From positions 20,832,001 to 20,896,000 of the forward strand of contig NW_027141852.1 of NCBI RefSeq assembly GCF_036365525.1: a stretch of 64,000 bases of DNA, written 5' to 3'. The notes under the pieces are model-generated. The model ran no database searches, was not told the DNA's origin, and worked only from the letters and a program-made list of their open reading frames with translations. The stretch comes from Heterodontus francisci (taxonomy: Eukaryota). Within the stretch, counting starts at the first letter, position 1. Every line of letters begins with the position of its first letter. This document shows, piece after piece, positions 52,615 to 64,000 of this stretch. Made by a program: the position numbers and the translations under genes.

Positions 52615-52977
52615 ATGTCTGGAGGAAAGACCGGCGGGAAAGCTCGGGCCAAAGCCAAGTCTCGCTCCTCCCGGGCTGGACTGCAGTTGCCGGTGGGCCG
52701 TGTTCACAGGCTCCTGAGAAAGGGCAACTATGCTGAGCGTGTGGGTGCTGGAGCCCCGGTCGATCTGGCTGCTGTGCTCGAGTATCTGACCGCTGAAATC
52801 CTCGAGCTGGCCGGTAACGCGGCCCGGGACAACAAGAAGACCCGCATCATCCCCAGACACCTGCAGCTGGCCGTCCGCAACGAGGAGGAGCTCAACAAGC
52901 TGCTGGGAGGGGTGACCATCGCTCAGGGCGGGGTGCTACCCAAGAAAACCAGCGCTCAAAGCTCCCAGAAAATGTAA
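52615..52977 (+). pseudogene. H2A: Histone H2A pseudogene (R3 and NIQAVLLP deleted, Y>D, F>L, mutated stem-loop)
   Basis: [29 protein letters not shown]...GGVLPKKT; stem-loop GACTCTTTTCAGAGCC near 53008. Confidence 0.9.
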
Positions 52978-53921
52978 AGCAGACAAAATGTCATCTAATA
53001 AACCAAAGACTCTTTTCAGAGCCACCCACAGTCTCTGAAAGGGCTGATTACTGTCTGATTCAAGCATGTCAGTAACAGAACAGAATAGGAACTATTTAAA
53101 ATGTTTATGAGGAACTATTTCAGTGGCTTCTCACTGTCCCCCTGATCCCTGTGTGAAGGGGAATTACCAATAGTCTAATTTATTCCTTTCCACACCGAGT
53201 TTGAGTTATTGGTCCCTTAAGGATTGCTGAATGGAGTCTTCCACCGCCGGTTACAGATAAGAAGTGGGGGGGAAAATGACAGGTTAAAGCTGTGCGTAAA
53301 ATAGCGCCGGGAATTTGTGGCGATAATAGCGGAATAAAGAAAGGTTTTTAAAGGTTGGTGGAAAATATTTTACGAACAACTTTATATAGATTTTCCAGTA
53401 ATTCGCTTTTTGCCGACACTGAAATTGGCGCCTTTTTCGAATTCAAACGTTCTGCCAATTTCGACAATTTAAGCCAATGATTTGCTGCATTTTCCCCAAT
53501 TCGAGGCTCTGCGATTGGTTAAGAAATGCGAATGGGAAGAGGGTGACCAATCAGAAGTGAGCGCGGGCTCAAGCTGTGGGAATTCCAGGTCCCTGAATGA
53601 TTGAGCTGAAACTGATCAGTTTCACAAACCCTGTCAGTTTCAGTGCAGGAAACACCGTCTCGGAAGAAATAACATCACAATTGGGTCTGGTTCCAGTGAC
53701 CGATTCAACGGCTGCTGCAAAATTCCCGGATTCCCTCATTGCAGCGAAATCATTTTGAAATTCTATGAAAACAATGAGTGATTCTGGAGGAGTGATGTGG
53801 CTTTTCACTGAGGGTATGTGTCGAATGGGGAAATAACTAAGTGTAGAGCCTCGGGCACTGTTTACACAGCCCGTTTAGAAAATCAAATCCATTGCACATC
53901 CTTGCTGCAACTGAAATGTCA

Positions 53922-56550
<2,629 letters not shown>

Positions 56551-56559
56551 CTGCCAGAC

Positions 56560-57202
56560 TTTTTTTTAAAATTTCCAAAATATACTTTATTCATAAAAAT
56601 CTGTAAAAATTACATTCCCAAACAGTTTAAAACAGCATCAAGTCAAAAAATACAAACAGTGCAAAGGTGATCAGTTTCCTTCTATACAATCACGAGTTGC
56701 CTCACAACTCTTCCATTTCATTGTCATGCCATATACATTTCTACATTTACAGCACACAAAATTTTCCCGAGACGGTTCGAAGGGTTTCCCATGGATCCAG
56801 CCCCTCCGCTCCGCTTGGTGGGGGGACCTTACATAATGGTCTTTCCCCATTGAGCCTTTGCTGCGGCTGCCCCAAGCTTTAGTGCGTCCCTGCCCACGTT
56901 GTCCTGGTCCTTGGAATGTGCCAGTCTGCGACATTCGGTGGTGGACAACTCTTTGCGCTGGAAGACCAGCAAGTTTCGGGCAGACTAAAGGGCGTCTTTC
57001 ACCGAATTGATAGTCCTCCAGCAGCAGTTGATGTTTGTCTCGGTGTGCGTCCCTGGGAACAGCCCGTAGAGCACAGACTCCTGTGTTATCGAGCTGCTTG
57101 GGATGAACCTCGACAAAAACCACTGCATCCCTTTCCACATCTGCTTTGCAAAGACACATTCCAGGAGGAGGTGGGCGACCGTCTCTTCCCCACCACAGCC
57201 AC
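56560..57202 (-). mobile_element. Tx1 copy B, 5'-truncated, between the H4 ATG and copy A
   Basis: ORF2 C-terminus, 3'UTR and A-tail; 5' end joins the H4 ATG directly. Confidence 0.93.
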
Positions 57203-57778
57203 CATGATAATTCTTGCCTCAAATCAGTGCACAATAAAAGAGACTGATTCCGTCAGCTTCCTTTTTTTTACAGGCCGCCCGGACCTGGCTGAGAAAGGCA
57301 GAGTGAGAGCAGGGAGGGGAGGAGACAAGAGTGAAGATTAAACAGAGAGCGAGAATGAAGGAGACACCCAGAGTGACAGACAGAGAGAGAACGGCACCTT
57401 ATCTTTCATCTCCACCTCCAGTTTCCTCCGGGCTGCCAATTTCAAACCCTTTATTAACAGTAGAACCGAAACCCAGCTCTCCACGCAGACCCTTCCAGAC
57501 TCGACCTTCACAGTCAAGGCTTTCCAGAAAGCCGGAGCTTTTAAATATGATCCTGCTACAATTAACACTCAGTAATATTCCCACCAAAACACAATCCATT
57601 CTATAACAAGGAACCTCCTCAGTAACATCACCATTTCCACACACATCCGCTTCCAACAGTTTACAAACACCCTATTGCAGCTGTTTGGGGAATCCCCTGT
57701 GTTAAGATTGGAGTTGGAAAGCGGCCTTTACCCGGCAGTGTTATCGTCTCACACTGAATCTGCCAGACATCCTGTTCT
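57203..57778 (-). promoter_or_regulatory. H4 ATG, 5'UTR and upstream region
   Basis: Paralogous to 234-810. Confidence 0.85.
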
Positions 57779-57861
57779 CTTTATTGCGAGAGAGAAAGCA
57801 CGGATTTAGGAAATGTTCATTTGAAATGATCTCTATTGAGAACGAGCCCGGCCGTGGGACA

Positions 57862-58240
57862 GGTATTCCAGTGCAAAGAGCTGTCTATGACCGAGTGTTG
57901 CAGACTGGCACATTCCAACATTCAAGACTATGTGCTGTGGGACGGCATTAAAGCTTGGGGAAGCCACCATGGAGTCTCAATAGAAAGGCGACAGACTAAG
58001 GCCCTCGTGCAGCGAGAGGCTGGAACCTGTGTAAAACCGCTCGGGCTGTTTGCACCAGAGAATGTTTGATGTGTAATGTAAATACTGTAAATATAACCTG
58101 TGCAGGCAGGGATAGTGAGATACCTCATGTACATTATTGAAGGAAACTGATCTGTATTGTACCTTATGTAATATTAAATTTGAACTGCTTTGCAATGTAA
58201 TTGCACAAATTATATGAATAAAATACATATTGTGCAAAAG
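57862..58240 (+). mobile_element. Diverged Tx1 3' fragment (older or different subfamily)
   Basis: VFQCKELSMTECCRLAHSNIQDYVLWD plus related 3'UTR (gaaggaaactgatc, tgaataaa). Confidence 0.8.
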
Positions 58241-58704
58241 AAAGCAGCTTTCCTGTCAACACACACCTTGTCTCAGGGCACAACTTTCCTGTGATCTTGT
58301 CACACCCAACTTCGCTCTATATCTTCTGACACACACACTTTACAGTCTGTCATTTCCAAAAACAAGCATTCTAAAATCAAAAGACCTTTTGTTTATTTCT
58401 CCTTTCTTTTCATTTCTCCTCTATTCTTCTCAATCACTCCCTTCAACAGTCCTATTCAGATCAAGGTAGAATGTGAATAGTGTCACAACTCACCTCTGAC
58501 ACTATTATTACCCTTCTCTTCTCTTGTCTTATTCAATGGGAAAGTTTTATTCACCAGTCTGTTGCTGTTTTACACTCTTGCCATACCATCTGGTATTGCA
58601 TCCATCTGAATTCTGTGCTTTCATGGCATTATATTTCTTTTCCACTTCTGGATGATTTGTTTGCTTCAGTTCCATTCAACCAGGCTGGACCACAGGGAAG
58701 CTTA

Positions 58705-59392
58705 GAACAAAGAACAAAGAACAGTCCAGCACAGGAACAGGCCATTCGGCCCTCCAAGCCTGCGCCGATCTTGATGCCTGCCTAAACTAACACCTTCTGC
58801 ACTTCCGTGGCCTATATCCCTCTATTCCCTTCCTATTCATGTATTTGTCAAGATGTCTCTTAAACGTCGCTATCGTATCTGCTTCCACCACCTCCCCTGG
58901 CAGCAAGTTCCAGGCACTCACCACCCTCTGTGTAAAAAACTTGCCTCGCACATCCCCTCTAAACTTTGCCCCTCGCACCTTAAACCCATGTCCCCTTGTA
59001 ACTGACTCTTCCACCCTGGGAAAAAGCTTCTGACTATCCACTCTGTCCATGCCGCTCATAACTTTGTAAACCTCTATCATGTCGCCCCTCCACCTCCGTC
59101 GTTCCAGTGAAAACAATCTGAGTTTTTCCAACCTCTCCTCATAGCTAATGCCCTCCAGACCAGGCAACATCCTGGTAAACCTCCTCTGTACCCTCTCCAA
59201 AGCCTCCACGTCCTTCTGGTACTGTTGCGACCAGAATTGCACGCAATATTCGAAGTGTGGCCTAACTAAGGTTCTGTACAGCTGCAACATGACTTGCCAA
59301 TTTTTATACTCTATACCCCGACTGATGAAGGCAAGCATGCCGTATGCCTTCTTGACTACCTTATCCACCTGCGTTGCCACTTTCAGTGACCT
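58705..59392 (-). mobile_element. Young CR1 3' fragment
   Basis: Uninterrupted CR1 RT C-terminus within ORF 58787-59503; (agaacaa)n tail. Confidence 0.9.
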
Positions 59393-60019
59393 TTGCCTTG
59401 GGTGGGTCCACGTTGATCCATTACATTCAGAATCACCTCCTTGAAATAACTCGATAGTGCAACTACAGTAACCACACAGAATCTGCTTCAAACACTCCTC
59501 CACATTTTATCTGTTCTGACTGTCAACACCTCCAGCTCTTTGGTTTAAGTGGAACCCATCAGGTTTGTATAGGCTCCTTCTGTTCTGAAAGCTGTAGAAC
59601 TGGTTCAGGGAATTCAGCCCTGTTTCTCTACTCTAAAGGCTCAGCCATGCTTGATCTGCGTGGTATTTTGCTTTTATTGCAACGTTACAAGACCTCCAAT
59701 CCTCTGGAAAACGATGGTCAGACCTTCCACTATTTCTTCCCTGGCTTCATTCAACAGCCTGGGGTACATTTCATCTGGTCCTGGTGATATATCCACATTC
59801 AAGGATGCTCATCCCATGAAGACTTCCTCTCTCCTTAACTTATCACGTCCAATACTTCACACTCCTCCTCCTTCATAACAATATCTGCATCACCCCCTCA
59901 TTTGAGAAGACAGTAATGTATTCATTAAGGATATTGGCAACATCTTCCACCCCGAGACAAAGGTTACATTTTTGATGTTTTCTGTGCCCTGCTGTTTGCT
60001 CAGTTGCCTCTTGCTCTAA

Positions 60020-60679
<660 letters not shown>

Positions 60680-60709
60680 AGCGGCCAAAATGTCATCTAA
60701 TAAACCAAA

Positions 60710-60725
60710 GGCTCTTTCCAGAGCC
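60710..60725 (+). terminator. Histone 3' stem-loop (loop variant TTCC)
   Basis: GGCTCTTTCCAGAGCC ACCCA, downstream AAAGGGCTG. Confidence 0.85.
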
Positions 60726-61658
60726 ACCCACAGTCTCTGTAAAAGGGCTGGTTACTGTCAGGAGGGAGTCAGTGATGGAGTTATTGTAACAGTGGATTGA
60801 CCTGTTTCACATCTGTCCAGGTGTGTTTTCAGTTCCCTCTCTGGATTTCGCTCTGTTTCTCTGCTCACACATCTCCCCCTCTCGTTTAGTGAAGAAGTGA
60901 ACTACAGGGTGTCAGAATCAACAATTTAATAAATCACGCTGCCTTCGATTTGATAAATCCCGAGATTATCCCGGTACATTAACGGGAACTGGTTCGGAGC
61001 TGATGAATTAATTTAATAATGGAAGTGTCCGGGTTAATTCTCTGTTTTTCATTTGGACAGTTTGAATTGTGTTTTTTTTTCTCTCTGGTGATCTGAGCGC
61101 CGCTTCTCAATGAGAATCTGCTCCCAGAACAGAGTAAATGCAGGAAGAAAGAAGCCATTCTCGGGCTGTGTGTTTCTCTCCTAAGCTGATCTGTTTAGAC
61201 CGCACTGTTCCCAGAGGACGGAATCAGTGAGAGTTGTGCACACACAGGAGCTGAGTCCACTGCAGCGCTTCAATATGTGCCTTCTCCCCGGCCCGCCCTA
61301 TTCTCCGGACACAACGTTGTTTGTTCCCCCGGCGGCATGGCAGTGTCGGGGATTCTCTCCCCGCAGTGTCAGTGGCTGCAGCCCCGGAGAACTGGCGGTT
61401 TCAGTCAGAGTGACCGAGCTACCTTACAGGACTCTCCCCCTGAATTTGTGAACTGAGACTACACCGAACACATCCCCAGTTAGAGTGAGGGCCGGACATC
61501 CTTCTGTTTTATTACAGAGAGTGGGGAAAGGGCTGGGTGGAGGGTAGTCACCAGGGATCCTGGATTTGCTCCAAATCATTTCCATGTGGAATCTGCAGGC
61601 GGGGCCGGGACAGGGATCATTTGATCAGGGGATCAGCTCTTTCCTGAGAGATGTGGGT

Positions 61659-61674
61659 GGCTCTGAGAAGAGCC
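61659..61674 (-). terminator. Histone H1 3' stem-loop
   Basis: rc GGCTCTTCTCAGAGCC ACCCA followed by GAAAGAGCTG. Confidence 0.9.
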
Positions 61675-61710
61675 TTTGTGTTCAGATGTTTACAAGTTTC
61701 CCGCGCTCTT

Positions 61711-62850
61711 TCACTTCTTTCCAGACCCTGCTTTCTGAGCCTTCGCTGCTTTCGGCTTGACCTTGCTCTTCCATGTCTGCACTTTCTTCAGCGCCTTTCC
61801 GCCCGCCGCACTCTTGCCTTTTTTGACCTTCTTCGCAGGAGACTTTTTCTGAAGCACTGCTTTCTTCACCGCCTTATTTGGCGTTGCCGCCGCCTTGCTG
61901 CTCGTTTTCTTGGCTGTTACTTTCTTTGTTGTCACTTTCTTGGCTGCTGGTTTCTTCAGCAATGATTTCTTGTCTGCTGGTTTCTAACGAAGGAGTTATT
62001 GTCTGCTGGTTTCTTCACTAAAGATTTCTTGGCTGCTGATTTCTTCACTCAAGATTTCTTGTCTACTGGTGTCTTCACTAAAGATTTCTTAGCTGCTGGT
62101 TTCTTCACTAAAGATTTCTTGTCTGCTGGTTTCTTCACTAAAGATTTCTTGGCTGCTGGTTTCTTCATGAAAGATTTCTTGTCTGCTAGTTTCTTCATGA
62201 AAGATTTCTTGTCTGCTGGTTTCTTCACTAAAGATTTCTTATCTGCTGGTTTCTTCACTAAAGATTTCTTGGCTGCTGGTGTCTTCGCTAAAGATTTCTT
62301 ATCTGCTGGTTTCTTCACTAAAGATTTCTTGTCTGCTGGTTTCTTCACTAAAGATTTCTTATCTGCTGGTTTCTTCACTAAAGATTTCTTGGCTGCTGGT
62401 GTCTTCGCTAAAGATTTCTTGGTTGCTGGTTTCTTCACTAAAGATTTCTTGTCTGCTGGTTTCTTCACTAAAGATTTCTTGTCTGCTGGTTTCTTCACCT
62501 TCTTTCCCTCTTTTCCCTGGGTTTTCCTTCTTGCTGATTTTGAAGGAGCCGGAGGCTCCCTGTCCCTTGCTCTGCACCAGGGAGCCTTTGTTCACATTCC
62601 TCTTGATACTTTGCTTGATCTGGGTCCTGAGCTTCTCCACATCGACACCGCTGCTACCCAGAGCCTTCTTTATGGCGGCCAGGGACATCCCCTTGCGATC
62701 GCTGAAAGCCGGCACAATCTTGAGGATCTGTTCGCCCAACGGGAGACCGGTTGGCTTGTTCCGGGGAGCCGCCTTCTTCTTCTTGGGAGTCTTGACTTGG
62801 GCGGCGGCGGCGGCTGGAGGAGCCGTTTGGGCTGCTCGACTATCGGACAT
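61711..62850 (-). pseudogene. H1: Histone H1 with expanded repeat tail, frameshifted
   Basis: MSDSRAAQTAPP...RKGMSLAAIKKAL...GSLVQSKGQGASGSFKI globular domain; +1 near 62522, TGA at 62049, -1 near 61985; H1-box AAACACA near 62995-63001 and GC box upstream. Confidence 0.9.
61952..62498 (-). repeat. 30-bp coding tandem repeat (KKPADKKSLV), ~18 units
   Basis: ttcttcactaaagatttcttgtctgctggt units in register. Confidence 0.95.
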
Positions 62851-64000
62851 GTCCGGGACTCTGCACAAATTCTCACTGTCAGTGTGAACTGGGTCAGAAA
62901 TGAAGCCGGTGATGGTGGCACAGAGCAACTTCAAGGCAGAGAGAGGACGGGGCGGAGACAAGCTGCTGTCAGCTCTCGGCTCCTGCTGTCTCTCTGTGTT
63001 TCTCTCTCCTCACAAACTCTCCAATTCCATTGAAATTCAGAGACTCCAGACTTCCAGACTAGATCTTTCCTGTCTCTCACTCCAGTATGTTTGCTGTTGA
63101 AAAGCTTTCACTAGGATTGAGGACTCCATTTTCCATTTAACCTGGTTTTATTGCTGCACTGACCGCCCTCTCTCACCCCTCGCTGACATGTTCTCTACTT
63201 TTCAACTCAAATCTTGAAATTTAAAAAAATGATCCCGAATTCCCACTTTGGGGCTGAGCAGGGAGCAGGGCGGTTCTTTGACTGGAAAATCATTTGATTT
63301 TACACAAGAATGACTCTGAAATCCGGCGATGAGAGCGGACCCACAAACACAGTGGCTTCAGACTAACCCGCCCTCCCCTTTAATACAATCTCTCTTCCAC
63401 AATATTCACATCTGCATATTCACAGGACAAACTGTTCCCTGAATGTAGAGTTCCCAGGACAGGTTTTCCCCTCCGCTCGGTCTGTGCTGCGGATTCTTGG
63501 GGGTGAGTTGTATTTTCTCAGCTCAGTCAGTGTTAAACAGTCTGGGGCCGGCGCTCCGAATATTGTCTGTTAACCAGAGTCCGCTACAAGAGCCAATCAC
63601 AGTTGTGACTTTTTTTATTCGTTCATCGGATTTGGGTGTGAGTCCAGAACCAGGGGTCATAATCTAAGGATACGGGGTAAACCTTTCAGGTTGTCCTTTC
63701 TCTCTCTGCCGACACCCCGGTCTCCTCTCTCCCTCTTACTCTCCTCTCTCTCTCTCCCTCTCTCTGACAGTTGCAGAGAGCGAGAACTCTCAGCTTTATG
63801 GTTAGTCTTTTTAAAAAAATCGCAGCCGTCAGTTTCACAGCTGACAGGTGCTTTGAGCAGAGACAGCACTTCCGAAACTCGGACAAGCTCGGGTTTTTCT
63901 GGAGGGCTTTGAAATGAAATCAGAACTGCCGGAAAGCTCCGAACTTGTCCGAGGTTCTGAAACGTTGTCTCTGCTCTCAGGACCTGTCAGCTGTGAAACT

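Noticed and set aside
58787-59503. 238-aa ORF as a host gene
   Set aside because: It is the C-terminus of CR1 ORF2 in a 5'-truncated copy fused to flanking sequence
61999-63033. 344-aa plus-strand ORF with AGFFTKDFLS repeats
   Set aside because: Antisense reading of the H1 gene and its 30-bp repeat

Overview
Eukaryotic, repeat-dense vertebrate DNA, most likely a cartilaginous fish (shark), inferred from the H2B/H1 sequences and the CR1, RTE, Penelope and tRNA-CR1 SINE content. The window is a decaying replication-dependent histone locus: H4 x2, H2B x3, H2A x2 and H1 x1, with stem-loop 3' ends, no H3 gene and most copies lesioned. It also holds two degenerate tRNA genes, a roughly 16-kb inverted duplication centred on two convergent H2B genes, and 42/46-bp minisatellites. 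The most striking system is an L1/Tx1-clade non-LTR retrotransposon. Three of its five copies sit at histone start codons, always in the histone's sense orientation: two stacked at the H4 ATG and one at an H2B ATG. The H2B-inserted copy keeps an intact 1135-aa ORF2, and the H2B promoter and ATG are fused in frame to its ORF1 zinc knuckles. This suggests histone-gene targeting with promoter capture. Identities and family names are judged by eye; no searches were run.
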